NCBI GenBank assembly: GCA_963760795.1
Contig: CAVXEP010000004.1
Location: 128,001-192,000 of the forward strand
Direction: 5' to 3'
Source of the DNA: an uncultured delta proteobacterium
GTDB lineage: Bacteria > Desulfobacterota > Binatia > UBA9968
Length of the DNA stretch: 64,000 bases
Both the position numbers and the translations under genes were made by a program. The number at the start of each line of letters is the position of its first letter. The stretch's first letter is position 1. The notes beneath the pieces are model-generated. The model saw only the letters and a list, made by a program, of their open reading frames with translations, was not told the DNA's origin and searched no databases. Shown here piece after piece: positions 39,971 through 52,508 of the stretch.

Positions 39971-40483
39971 TCAGCGGACGATGGAGTTAGAAGCTTCACG
40001 ACGGCGCTCCTTGAGCCGAGGCAAATAGGTGCGAAGAAAGTAATTTTCAAACGACCCGATACCATGCTCTTCCAGACGTTTTTTGCCGTTGTCTTGGAAC
40101 TCTAAATACAAGGTCTCGCCGGTGCGCCGCAGGGATAGCAACGGCATGGGCCGCTTATCGAGGTAATGGCCGACAGTGCGCAAAGTCTGCGAACGGCGAA
40201 AAAAATCAGGGATTTGATCCGGATTCTTGCGTGACGTTTCGCCGCGAATCTGCAGCCAGAGAACGCCCTTCAAGCTGTAATGAATTTCCACCGACCGCTC
40301 GGTGGGCGCGGCTTTTTTGCCAAGCACCTTGTCGACCCAGCGCGTCTCCACCTGGGCGATGCCTTGCGTGCGCACGACAAACTCGTCGCCCTGCAATGCT
40401 AGCGAAAAGTCCTGGACGCCGCGCTCTTCTAAAGACTGTCCGATGGCGCGAAACGTTTGCGAATACGACAAGCCGTGAAACAT
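39971..40483 (-). CDS. Hypothetical protein with an internal repeat
   Basis: 170-aa ORF; SQTFRAIGQ.L and SQTLRTVGH.L. Confidence 0.55.
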   Translation of the reverse strand: MFHGLSYSQTFRAIGQSLEERGVQDFSLALQGDEFVVRTQGIAQVETRWVDKVLGKKAAPTERSVEIHYSLKGVLWLQIRGETSRKNPDQIPDFFRRSQTLRTVGHYLDKRPMPLLSLRRTGETLYLEFQDNGKKRLEEHGIGSFENYFLRTYLPRLKERRREASNSIVR

Positions 40484-41172
40484 ATTCAGCGCTTAGTGCC
40501 CCGTTCACGAAAAGGGAGTTTACTCACTCTCCTTGTCGTCGCGTAGCTATCGGCGTTACTACCATTTCCTCGGGCTCCCGGTTCTGTCTCCGGTGATTAC
40601 CCGCGACAGATATCGCGGTGATGCCTCGGTCCTATCACTTTAGGATTTAATTGCCAATGTTATTTGCAATGGGATTGGCTGCGTCTCCTCAATTTGAAAG
40701 TGGCCGAACCGATCAACCTGACGGTTCCGCCCAACGTACCGGTGCGAGCGGATCAGGGCGGTCAAGTAGGCTATTAAGTTGAACTGTATCCTCCCGCCAG
40801 CCTCCACCCCAGACTATTTGTTGCTTCGAGTGGAGCCCGATTGTCGTCCTTGTGCGCACCGTCTACTAAATCACTCAAGCTCATTGGACGTGGATTCGTC
40901 CCGCTCCAATCCCCCATCGCCATTTAGAATTCCTTACACCACACTGCCGCCGGAACAATTCTTCTACCCGCCGGTAAAAATGTCCGTTTAGAGCAGCAGT
41001 AATAAGCGCGCAATCGAATGACAAGCTATCAGTAGGACGGTTTAAAAATAGCGAGCTAATGAATCCAAACCACTCCTTCTGAACGTAATAATCGCGCCAA
41101 AAGTGATCAAGCGATTCGGTATAGTTGTTGCTCATACACAATATGTTCTAAAAACTTTACAGGAGGATTTGT

Positions 41173-41571
41173 ATGGATTCAAAAAAACTGAGGCGGTTAG
41201 TAGCTGTGAGCGCGGTGGCCGTTTTCATGGGTGGAGCGTCGGCGATCCAGGCGCAAGTGCCGCCGATTGTCATCGATACTGACGGCGATGGAGTAGAAGA
41301 CACTCTTGATCAATGCCCGACCAGTGATCTTTCGGCGAAAGTATTGATCAATGGTGTCAATACCGGAATTGCCAATACCGAAGCCAATCCGGCGGGTTGT
41401 ACGTTCGCTGATCTTGTCCAGGAGATGATTGACACCTGCCTCGATGATGCCAAAAATCATGGGCAGTTTGTCAGTTGCGTGTCGCACGAGACCAACATCC
41501 TCAAGCGCGCAAAAACCATCACGGGGCAGCAGAAGGGTAAGATCCAAAGCATCGTGGCGAAAATGCGCTAG
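41173..41571 (+). CDS. Small secreted cysteine-containing protein with a TSP3-like Ca-binding motif
   Basis: AGGAGG RBS; signal peptide; DTDGDGVEDTLDQCP; KNHGQFVSCV. Confidence 0.75.
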   Translation: MDSKKLRRLVAVSAVAVFMGGASAIQAQVPPIVIDTDGDGVEDTLDQCPTSDLSAKVLINGVNTGIANTEANPAGCTFADLVQEMIDTCLDDAKNHGQFVSCVSHETNILKRAKTITGQQKGKIQSIVAKMR

Positions 41572-41603
41572 TCTCTAGATTCTTACCTCCCAGATTCTCG
41601 TCT

Positions 41604-41654
41604 TAAAGCTCAGCTCTCCTTTTGGTCTATGACCAGAAGGAGAGCTGAGCTTTA
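41604..41654. terminator. Long hairpin, probable terminator
   Basis: taaagctcagctctcctt ... aaggagagctgagcttta, 33 nt after the stop. Confidence 0.7.
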
Positions 41655-42063
41655 GTTATTTCGGTAGTAAGCATAAAAAAACGCTGCCATATTTTTATCA
41701 CGCTTGCCAAATCAGCGATCGGTTGAGCAGCGAAGATTTTTGGATCTGGGGAAGTGGTTGATTGGCTGGACTAACTCGGCCACGGATATCCCTCGGGGTG
41801 TATTCCTTTAGCCAGCACAGGCAGAGAGGGTTGCAGTTTGACGAGACGATTCTTTCCGACCTCGATCCAGATATCGACCTTGCGCATTCCCATCGCCTAA
41901 CTCCTAACTGGATCGATCGAATTTAATCTTGCAAACCTGACTGCTGGCGTTTCGGATGAGGAGATGAGGGTCGCATCTTTAGCCTGATCGTTCCTGCTAA
42001 CCAACTACACCGCAGTCTGTCGACCAAACCGACGAGCATGTGCTCGCGGATCATCACGACAAG

Positions 42064-43621
42064 TTAGGAAACCGACGCTGCCAGTTCCGCCAGGGCCCTT
42101 GGCAGGCCGTCGACGATGTCCGATGCAATCAGTCCGATCGGCCCCTTGGATTCCGCAAGTCGGTCACCGACATAGCCGTGCAAATAAACGCCAAGCTTCA
42201 TGGCATCCTCGGCAGCCATCCCCTGCCCCAAGAGTGCGGCGATGATTCCCGCCAGGACATCGCCCATGCCGCCGCTGGCCATGCCGGGATTGCCGGTGGG
42301 ATTGATGAAAACCTTGCCGTCCGCCGTGGCGATCACTGTCCGCGCGCCTTTAAGAATTACATGACAGCGCTGCGCCATAGCGAAACTACGCGCGACCTCA
42401 ATGCGGTCGGCATTGACATCAGCGGTGCTCTTGCCGATCAGCCGCGCCATCTCACCCGGATGGGGCGTGAGGATCGGCGCCGTCTTGGCGCCGCGCAAGC
42501 GGTCCAAGTCAAGCGCCAGATTATTCAATCCGTCCGCGTCGATAACCCACGGTATAGCTAAATTTCGCAACAGCCAGCGCGTCGCGGATTGCGTCGCGTC
42601 GCTGACACCGATGCCGGGGCCAAATAGCAAAACGTTTTTGCGCTCGATCAAGCGCCGCCAATCGGCGTCGGTGACCATTTCCAACTGCTCGGAGGATTCA
42701 TCGCCCAATGGCTCGGTCATCACTTCCACCAGTGCGCCGGCGAAAATCCCATTCAACGCCCGCGGCGCCGCCAAGGTCACCAGACCTGCGCCAGCCCGCA
42801 TCGCGGCGCGGCAGGACAAAATCGCCGCGCCGGTCTTCCCTCTCGCTCCGGCCACCACCAGCAGATGGCCGTAGGTGCCCTTATGCGTGTCCGCCTGGCG
42901 CCGCGGCACCAGCCAACCAACGGTTTCTCGATCGAGCAACTCGATTTGCGGCGCGACTTCGACAAGCGCGCGGCTATCGATACCGATGTCGGCGACGACC
43001 AACTCGTTGACGGCAGCCAGACCCGGATGAATCACTTCGCCGAGTTTCGGATAACCCAGGGCCACCGTCATCTCGGCTTGAATCGCCACTCCCAGCGGCT
43101 GTCCGGTGTCGCTGTCCATGCCGGAGGGAATATCGACGGCGACAGTGGGCACGCCGGAAGCGTTCATCAGCGTGATCGCCTCACCGAACAGGCCGGCGAC
43201 GGCGTTTTTCATGCCGGTGCCGAGAATCGCATCGACCAACAAACCGTGCTTGGCGATCCGTTGCCGGAGCAACTCCAGCCTGCTGCCATCGATCTCGGTA
43301 ACCTTGCCTTTGAGTTTGCTCCAGGCGCGCAGATTATGCGCCGCGTCGGCTGTAAGCTCCTCGCGCCGCGCCAGTAACACGACCTCGCAGGGGATGCGTT
43401 TTTTTTTCAATAACCGGGCGACGACAAAACCATCGCCGCCATTGTTACCCTTGCCGGCAACGATCAACACACCCTTTTTGGCGGCTCGGCGCGAAGCGCT
43501 GAAGAATCGCCGCGGCGATACCCTCGCCGGCGCGCTCCATCAGCGTCAAGCTCGGCGTCGCGTATTTCTCGATCGTCAAGCGATCCAGCTCGCGCATCTG
43601 TGCGGCGGTGACAACAATCAT
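42064..43621 (-). CDS. nnr: Bifunctional NAD(P)HX epimerase/dehydratase; indel near 43510
   Basis: VTAAQMRELD start; GKGNNGGDG, VDAILGTG, DIPSG, THKGTYG, DADGL, LTPHPGE, GGMGDVLAG. Confidence 0.92.
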
Positions 43622-43637
43622 GGTTCAATTATCGGAG

Positions 43638-44435
43638 TTAAGACCGTTTACGGATTCCGGTCCGAACCGCTTGAGACTGTTTGAACCCTTGAACCTTGAA
43701 CGGCTTGAACACGTTACCTTCGGCTCTCGTCAGAAGCGTCTTCATTTCACCCACGGCCTGTTGCACGCCGACCAGCACCGCCCGGGCGATGATGCTGTGG
43801 CCGATGTTGAGCTCGACCAGCTCTGGAATAGCCGCTATCGGCAGGACATTGTCATAATCGAGGCCATGGCCGCCATGGACTTCGAGGCCCAGCCGCTTGG
43901 CGAGTTGCGCGCCGGCGATTATCTTGCGCAGTTCTCTTTCGCGCTTTGCGCCGGTCCGGTTGCAGTAGCTGCCGGTATGAATCTCGATGCCATGGGCGCC
44001 GGTCTCCTTGGCGCATTCGATCTGCGCTTGGTCTGGGTCGATGAACAGCGCGACTTCAACACCGCGCGATTGCAAACGAGTTACCGCGTCCTTGATCTTG
44101 CGTTTATGGGCGACAACATTGAGCCCGCCTTCGGTGGTCAACTCCTGGCGTTTCTCCGGCACGAAGCAAGCGTTTTGCGGTCGTAGTTTGCCGGCGAAGC
44201 GCACCATCGCCGCCGTCACCGCCATCTCCAGATTGACCTTGGTTTTGCCGCGTTCCATCAAGCGCCGCACGTCATGCTCCTGGATATGGCGGCGGTCTTC
44301 GCGCAGATGCACGGTGATGCCATTGGCGCCGGCCTTCTCGGCGAGCAGCGCCGCGTCCACTGGATCGGGGAGCGTGGCCAGGCGCGCCTGGCGCACCGTG
44401 GCGACATGATCGACATTGACACCCAAGCGGATCAT
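43638..44435 (-). CDS. pdxJ: Pyridoxine 5'-phosphate synthase
   Basis: LGVNVDHVATVRQAR, ITVHLREDRRHI, ELTTEGGL, EIHTG, GHGL, LNIGH. Confidence 0.95.
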   Translation of the reverse strand: MIRLGVNVDHVATVRQARLATLPDPVDAALLAEKAGANGITVHLREDRRHIQEHDVRRLMERGKTKVNLEMAVTAAMVRFAGKLRPQNACFVPEKRQELTTEGGLNVVAHKRKIKDAVTRLQSRGVEVALFIDPDQAQIECAKETGAHGIEIHTGSYCNRTGAKRERELRKIIAGAQLAKRLGLEVHGGHGLDYDNVLPIAAIPELVELNIGHSIIARAVLVGVQQAVGEMKTLLTRAEGNVFKPFKVQGFKQSQAVRTGIRKRS

Positions 44436-44491
44436 GGATTATGACTCTTCATCTGCTTGTGTCGATTGAGTCAGAAATTGGAACGGATTCA

Positions 44492-44573
44492 TTCACCACG
44501 AAGGCACGAAGGACACGAAGGGTTCGAATAATTCGACTCCGAACTTCGTGATCTTCGTGTCCTTCGTGGTGAA
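44492..44573. repeat. CACGAAG/CTTCGTG palindromic repeat
   Basis: ttcaccacgaaggcacgaaggacacgaag ... cttcgtgatcttcgtgtccttcgtggtgaa. Confidence 0.85.
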
Positions 44574-44607
44574 AACTCTTTTCGCGGCGAGCACGGACTC
44601 GTCTCGT

Positions 44608-46041
44608 TTACTCGCCGATCTCGGCGCGAATCTCGCTGGCAATCGCCTCGGCCATGGCGCGGATCCTTTTTTCGTCCTCGCCTTCCAACATCACCCGGGC
44701 CAACAGCTCGGTGCCCGAATAGCGCACCAGCACCCGGCCGCGCCCGGCCAGGCTGCGCTCGATCTCGCCAATCCGCTGCTGCACTTTAGGCATCTGCTCG
44801 AAATCTTTCTTTTCCTTGACCTTAATATTGATCAGTACCTGCGGCAGCCGGTCCATCACGGTTTTCAACTCGCTCAAACGTTTACGCTTCTCGACCATCT
44901 GAGCGAGCATCTGCAAACAAGTAATGGCGCCGTCGCCGGTGCTGTTATGGTCGAGATAGAGGATATGGCCGGACTGTTCGCCGCCGAGATTGAAGTTACC
45001 GGCGAGCATTTTTTCGACCACGTATCGATCGCCCACTTGAGCGCGCACGACTTCAAGGCCGGCCTTGCGCATCGCCAGCTCAAGGCCCAAGTTGCTCATC
45101 ACCGTGGCGACCAAGCCATTGCCCTTGAGAATGCCCTTCTCCTGCATGTCGAGGGCCGAGATCGCCAGCACCTGGTCGCCGTCGAGGATCTCGCCGGTGT
45201 CATCGATGAACACCGCACGGTCGGCATCGCCGTCCAGGGCGACGGCGAAGTCGGCGCCCTCGTGGAGCAACATTTCGCGCGCGGTTTCGGGATAGAGCGC
45301 GCCACAGCGGCGGTTGATATTTTCACCGTCGGGCTGGATGCCGATGGGTAGGACATCTGCGCCCAATTCGGTCAACACTTCCGGCACGACTTTGTAAGCG
45401 GCGCCGTGGCCGCAGTCGACGACGATCTTCAACCCTTCCAAGGTTAGATGGCGCGGATAACTGTTCTTGAGAAAAACATTATAACGGCCGACGGCGTCCT
45501 GAATACGCGAAGCTTTGCCGATCCCGGCGGCGGTCGGGCGGGACTCTTCGGTCTCGCCGCTAAAAATCATTTCTTCCATGCGCGCTTCGACTTGGTCGGG
45601 AAGTTTGAACCCGTCCCACGAGAAAAACTTGATGCCGTTGTCTTGATAGGGATTGTGTGATGCCGAGATCACCACACCAGCATCGGCGCGCATGCTGCGG
45701 GTGAGAAACGCCACACCAGGGGTCGGCAACGGACCGACCAGCAGCACGTCGGCGCCCATGGAAACGATCCCGGACGCCAATGCGGTCTCGAGCATGTACC
45801 CCGAGAGGCGGGTGTCCTTGCCGATAAGAATCTTGAAGCGATGCTTGTCGGAGTCACCGTTGCGGCGGGCGAACGCCGGCGACGGCATGCGGCCGGGCAT
45901 ATCTCTTTCGGATTCGTGTAATACCTTGGCGATGGCGCGGCCGAGCTTGAGCGCCATCTCCGAGGTCATGGGCTCCTGATTGGCGACGCCGCGCACGCCG
46001 TCGGTGCCGAACAGTTGGCGCGTCAATTTTTTCTTATTCAT
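44608..46041 (-). CDS. glmM: Phosphoglucosamine mutase
   Basis: FGTDGVRG, GKDTRLSGYM, ISASHNP, DGDADR, GGEQSGH, RYSGTE. Confidence 0.95.
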   Translation of the reverse strand: MNKKKLTRQLFGTDGVRGVANQEPMTSEMALKLGRAIAKVLHESERDMPGRMPSPAFARRNGDSDKHRFKILIGKDTRLSGYMLETALASGIVSMGADVLLVGPLPTPGVAFLTRSMRADAGVVISASHNPYQDNGIKFFSWDGFKLPDQVEARMEEMIFSGETEESRPTAAGIGKASRIQDAVGRYNVFLKNSYPRHLTLEGLKIVVDCGHGAAYKVVPEVLTELGADVLPIGIQPDGENINRRCGALYPETAREMLLHEGADFAVALDGDADRAVFIDDTGEILDGDQVLAISALDMQEKGILKGNGLVATVMSNLGLELAMRKAGLEVVRAQVGDRYVVEKMLAGNFNLGGEQSGHILYLDHNSTGDGAITCLQMLAQMVEKRKRLSELKTVMDRLPQVLINIKVKEKKDFEQMPKVQQRIGEIERSLAGRGRVLVRYSGTELLARVMLEGEDEKRIRAMAEAIASEIRAEIGE

Positions 46042-46065
46042 CCTGGTTGACTCCTGGTTGACGAT

Positions 46066-46995
46066 TCACGGCGCCGGCTTGGCGATCCGAATCCTGACGG
46101 TGAGGGGCTTTTGTTCGACTACCTCGATACCCGCCGGCAATTTGATTACTGGAGTCAGACTATGTTCGCCTGGGGTCAACCCCGTCAAACTCAAAGTAAC
46201 CGTCTCGGCATTCAATTGTAGCTTGTCGACAATACTTTTGGCACCGGCTACGCGTAAATAAACCGTCCTCGGCGAAACGGTGAACAGCCCTTTATAGCCC
46301 TGCGTGGCGATCTCGACCTGGGCGAATTCGCGGATGGCCTGCTCTTCTTCGAGAGAAACCGCAATCGCCACCTGGTCGGGCGAGAACGTAAGCGGTTTGC
46401 CATCGGTCGCCAGCCGCACCTGACGCTTGGGGACACCGCGGGTTTCGTGCAGATCCACCGGCACGGTTTCCACCGCGGTGAGCCGGCGCACCTCTTCCGC
46501 CGGTCCCTGCACGGTCACCCGTGCCGGCTGCACCGTGGTTTGGGCGATGCGGAATCCCGCCGCGGGCTTGCCGGCGATGCGCACCAAAACCGGCAGGGTC
46601 AGCTTGATCACCGGCTCCATGCGCAGATGGACCACCGGCGGGGTAATGCGCGCCACTGTCACGCCGCGCGGGATATTGAACAGACTGCCGCCCAAAGGAT
46701 AGCTGAGCGATCCAGGCTTGGCGCTGTTGAGATCGAGTAACAGTTTCATTTCATCGGCATCTATGGTCGAAACCAACGTGCGCGGTCCGGTGACGCGCAA
46801 GACCACGAAATCGACGCGATTATCCATCACCATGAGATCGCCGGGAATATTGCGAAACTCCACCGGCACTTCGATGGAGCGCTCGATATCGCGGTGGCCG
46901 GCGACCCACAGCCCCGCGGCGATGGTCAAGGCCAGCGCCTTGAGGCCGAAGTTGCTGCCGGCCAGCGCAACGATCTTTTCCCAGAGCTGTCTCAT
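46066..46995 (-). CDS. cdaR: CdaR/YbbR family diadenylate cyclase regulator
   Basis: N-terminal TM (K..AL..A..LW), YbbR-like beta repeats; lies between cdaA and glmM. Confidence 0.8.
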   Translation of the reverse strand: MRQLWEKIVALAGSNFGLKALALTIAAGLWVAGHRDIERSIEVPVEFRNIPGDLMVMDNRVDFVVLRVTGPRTLVSTIDADEMKLLLDLNSAKPGSLSYPLGGSLFNIPRGVTVARITPPVVHLRMEPVIKLTLPVLVRIAGKPAAGFRIAQTTVQPARVTVQGPAEEVRRLTAVETVPVDLHETRGVPKRQVRLATDGKPLTFSPDQVAIAVSLEEEQAIREFAQVEIATQGYKGLFTVSPRTVYLRVAGAKSIVDKLQLNAETVTLSLTGLTPGEHSLTPVIKLPAGIEVVEQKPLTVRIRIAKPAP

Positions 46996-47750
46996 GACTT
47001 GATCAGAGCCCTTAACGCCGAACGCAGTGTGGCGCCATCGATATTTTCGGTCACGTTGCCGCCGACCACCAGCGCCACGGTGCCTTCCTGCTCCGAAATC
47101 ACCACGGCGACGGCATCGGTCTCTTCGGTGACGCCAAGGGCGGCGCGATGGCGCGTGCCCCAGGATTTGCGCAGATGCGGGTTGGTGCTGAGCGGCAGCA
47201 AACAGCGCACCGCGGTCACGCGGTTTTTTTGAATCACCAGGGCGCCGTCGTGAATCGGCGAATTGGGCAGAAAGACGCTCTCCAACAGTTCACGGCTGAC
47301 CCAGGCATCGAGCCGCGTGCCGATCTCCATGAATTCGCTCAAGCCGACATCCCGTTGAAAGACCACCAAGGCGCCGACCCGCTTGCCGGCGAGCGATAAC
47401 GCCGCTTGGGCGACCTCCTCGACGACATCTTCGTGGCGCTGCTGGGAACGCTCCAGCGTCGCGAACAAAGGCGCGGTGCCGACCTGGGTGAGGGCGCGGC
47501 GAATGTCGCTCTGAAAGATCACGATGATCACCAAGATGATCGAGCTCAAGAAGTTATCGAGGATCCAGTTGAGCGTGAATAACCCGAGGATGCGGGATGA
47601 CACGTAGGCGACCAGAATCACCGCCAAGCCGATGATCATCTGCATCGCCCGGCTGCCGCGCACGATCTGCAGCGCCCGGTAGACCAGGAAAGTGATGATG
47701 CCGATATCGAGCAGGTCTTGCCAGCGGATTTGGTTCAGCAGCTCTAGCAT
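46992..47750 (-). CDS. cdaA: Diadenylate cyclase CdaA
   Basis: Three TM helices, IFQSDIRRAL, PIHDGA, GTRHRAALG. Confidence 0.92.
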   Translation of the reverse strand: MLELLNQIRWQDLLDIGIITFLVYRALQIVRGSRAMQMIIGLAVILVAYVSSRILGLFTLNWILDNFLSSIILVIIVIFQSDIRRALTQVGTAPLFATLERSQQRHEDVVEEVAQAALSLAGKRVGALVVFQRDVGLSEFMEIGTRLDAWVSRELLESVFLPNSPIHDGALVIQKNRVTAVRCLLPLSTNPHLRKSWGTRHRAALGVTEETDAVAVVISEQEGTVALVVGGNVTENIDGATLRSALRALIKS

Positions 47751-47761
47751 TCGCGCCTCGG

Positions 47762-48700
47762 CTACTGGTGAAAACCGAATCGTAGCGCGTCGGCGATCCG
47801 TACCGCACGGCAAGTTGCCACGACATCGTGGACGCGGATAATATTGGCGCCGCCGAGCACCGCCGCCACCGCGGCGGCCAGACTGCCTTCGAGCCGCTGG
47901 TCCGGCTCGAGACCGAGAATCTTACCGATAAAGGCCTTGCGCGAGACGCCCACCAGCAATGGCTGCCCGAGGGCGGCAAGCAGCGACAGGCCGCGCAGTA
48001 GTTGAAGGTTGTGCTCGACGGTCTTGCCGAAACCGATACCGGGATCGAGCACGATCGCCTCGGCATCGACACCGGCATCCATGGCGTCGTAGAGCCGCTC
48101 GGCGAGAAAGTCTCTCACCTCGCGCACGACATCGCCATACTGAGGATCGGCCTGCATGGTTTGCGGCGTGCCCTGCATGTGCATCAGAATCACCGGAACC
48201 TTTTCGCTGGCAACCAGCGGCGCCATCGCCGCATCGAAACCTAGGGCGCTGATGTCGTTGACCATGTCGGCGCCGGCATCGAGAGCCGCGCGGGCCACCG
48301 GCGCTTTGTAACTATCGATGGAGATCGGCACGGCGCATTGCCGGCGCAAACCTTGGATCACCGGAAGCACGCGGGCGAGCTCCTCGGCTGCCGCCACCGG
48401 GATGGCGGCGGGGCGCGAAGACTCGCCGCCGATGTCGATAATGTCGGCGCCGGCTTGCGCCATCGCCAAACCATCGGCAATCGCCCGGCCGGTGTCGAAG
48501 TGACGGCCACCGTCAAAGAAGGAATCCGGCGTGACATTGAGCACCGCCATCACCGCGGTGCGGCGCGCGAGATCGATCCGGCCATGGCGCGTTTTCAGCT
48601 CGCGGCCGCCAGCCGATGCCATTGGCACCAAGGGATTGAAGCTGCTGCCGGTCCGGTTCAAATCTGGCGGATTGCTTTGGGACATCACTGCAACCGACAT
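47762..48700 (-). CDS. folP: Dihydropteroate synthase
   Basis: LNVTPDSFFDGG, IDIGGESSRP, DPGIGFGK, SRK.F, IIRVHDV. Confidence 0.95.
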   Translation of the reverse strand: MSVAVMSQSNPPDLNRTGSSFNPLVPMASAGGRELKTRHGRIDLARRTAVMAVLNVTPDSFFDGGRHFDTGRAIADGLAMAQAGADIIDIGGESSRPAAIPVAAAEELARVLPVIQGLRRQCAVPISIDSYKAPVARAALDAGADMVNDISALGFDAAMAPLVASEKVPVILMHMQGTPQTMQADPQYGDVVREVRDFLAERLYDAMDAGVDAEAIVLDPGIGFGKTVEHNLQLLRGLSLLAALGQPLLVGVSRKAFIGKILGLEPDQRLEGSLAAAVAAVLGGANIIRVHDVVATCRAVRIADALRFGFHQ

Positions 48701-48843
48701 GATAAATAAATTGCAGTCAAAGAAAAGTTAATGCGACAATCGCTAAACACTAACGCCGGCTCGGCCGATTGCCGGCGCCGGCGCATCGCAGCTAATTGGG
48801 CAGGTGGAGTTGGGAAGCCGCGGCTCCCCCGGAATGAACCTAT

Positions 48844-50676
<1,833 letters not shown>

Positions 50677-50749
50677 TCGAGTTCTCCCAGATTAGCAACA
50701 AGCGAAAGTCTAACACACGCATGGTAATCGATCAATATGAGTTTAAGAA

Positions 50750-52171
50750 CTAAGTACCTAAAGGAACTACTTTAATTCGTATGATAGCCCGGCTCGCCGG
50801 GGTCACCAGGGCGACCCGGCTGCGGCCATGGCCGGGAATCCACAGAACCTGGTCAGCACCGAGCAACATCGGCAACCTTGCCCGCTCCGACAGCGCGACC
50901 TTGCGATCAATAAACAAATCCTTGACCTTTTTATGGCCATCCATCCCTAAGGGTTCAAACCGATCGCCGTTGCGAAAGTTCCGCACGGCCAAGGGTTGCG
51001 GCAGCGCATCGGCGTCGAACAGCGCTTCCAGCGAACCAGTCGGTTGAACCTCGACAGGCGGCAGCAAGAGTTCCAGCAAGAAGCCGACAGCGGCTTCTGG
51101 GATCGATAAAGGTTCGCAGAGCGTCACAGGATAGAGATAACAAATCGCTTGCCGCTGTCGAGCCCCCTTCACCAGGCGCAGCAATTCATACTCCCGGCGC
51201 ACCTCCCAACCGCCGGGGATCGCTAGTCGCCCCTGCGCCGGACCGGTGGCAGCCAAACCGCACAAGGCCTCGACATGCGCGAAATCGATACCGCGCAAGT
51301 TGCCGCGCGCATCTTCGATCCAGCGCCGCAGCATCAGCCGCTGTAGAGCGACTGGTTGGCGCAGCAGAATACCCCGGTCCAGCCCATCGCCACGCCGGCA
51401 TTTTTCCAACTCGGCCTGGGCGATCTGATCGAGCACCGCCTGTTCGTCGCGCAACATAGCGGCCTGCCCTGCCAGCCGCGCGGCGACGCGCCCATCGATG
51501 CGCCCGCGCAACTGCGGCAACAGCTCCAGACGAATCCAGTTGCGTAAGAGCCTGGTGTCGCGATTGGTCCCGTCGATGCGGTAGTCAATTTGCCGTTGGC
51601 GAAGATATTCCAGAATATCCGCCTTGGAAGTTTCTAAGAACGGCCGAACGATCTCGCACCCACGAGCCAAATCATCGGCGCTTGAATGCGGTGTTCGCGC
51701 TGGACTTATCCCGCCCAACCCCTTCCGCCCCGCGCCGCGCAGCAACCACATCAACATAGTCTCGGCTTGATCGTCTTGGGTATGCGCCGTGGCGATCTTG
51801 TTGAGCCCCTGGCGCTGGGCGATCTGAGCGAAAAATTGGTAGCGCTGCTGCCGCGCCAATGCCTCCAGATTGCCTTTCCCAGCCCGAGAGCGCAGCTCGG
51901 GCAAGTCGATTTCCTTTAAATGAAGTGCCAGCCCGAGCTTGTCGGCCAACGCCGCGACAAACCGCGCATCATCCTTAGCCTCTTGCCCACGAATCCCATG
52001 TTGCAAATGCGTCACTTCGAGATGCAGTCCCAACTCGTCGCGCAACTCGTGCAGCACATGCAATAACGCAACTGAATCCGGCCCGCCGGAAACGGCGACG
52101 AGGATGCGGTCGCCGGGAGCAAAACACCGATGCTTGGTAATGAGTAATTTGACTTGGGAAACAAATTGCAC
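50750..52171 (-). CDS. tilS: tRNA(Ile)-lysidine synthetase (start approximate)
   Basis: AVSGGPDS, ARQQRY, TAHTQDDQAET, RN.IR, KKVKDLFID. Confidence 0.93.
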   Translation of the reverse strand: MQFVSQVKLLITKHRCFAPGDRILVAVSGGPDSVALLHVLHELRDELGLHLEVTHLQHGIRGQEAKDDARFVAALADKLGLALHLKEIDLPELRSRAGKGNLEALARQQRYQFFAQIAQRQGLNKIATAHTQDDQAETMLMWLLRGAGRKGLGGISPARTPHSSADDLARGCEIVRPFLETSKADILEYLRQRQIDYRIDGTNRDTRLLRNWIRLELLPQLRGRIDGRVAARLAGQAAMLRDEQAVLDQIAQAELEKCRRGDGLDRGILLRQPVALQRLMLRRWIEDARGNLRGIDFAHVEALCGLAATGPAQGRLAIPGGWEVRREYELLRLVKGARQRQAICYLYPVTLCEPLSIPEAAVGFLLELLLPPVEVQPTGSLEALFDADALPQPLAVRNFRNGDRFEPLGMDGHKKVKDLFIDRKVALSERARLPMLLGADQVLWIPGHGRSRVALVTPASRAIIRIKVVPLGT

Positions 52172-52508
52172 AGAAGAAATCTGCTCGGTTCGGTAAATCA
52201 AATCAATAGGCCAGCGCAATTGCCATGGGGATGAACGTTGCTCGCATGCCACCCGTTAGCGAATCAAAGCGGCTACGGCCGACACCGGTGTGGCATAGAC
52301 CGTCCGTTGGACCGTCCTGGAATTGTCTCGTCTTAGTGCTGGACGAACGCATCCCACGAAGCTTTCTCGCCCTTCACACAACCGGCGATCGGTGTTCCTT
52401 CCTGTTCGGTCACGGGCCCGGAGTAAGACGATGGCCGGTGAAGCCAGCAGCCAGCCTCCTCACGCACGGCCTTGATAACTTTGCACAAAATCAGATAATC
52501 AGATTTCT

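Noticed and set aside
41771-41893. 40-codon minus-strand ORF (MGMRKVDIWIEVGK...) with a GGAG upstream
   Set aside because: Too short, with no recognisable family; it cannot be supported from sequence alone.
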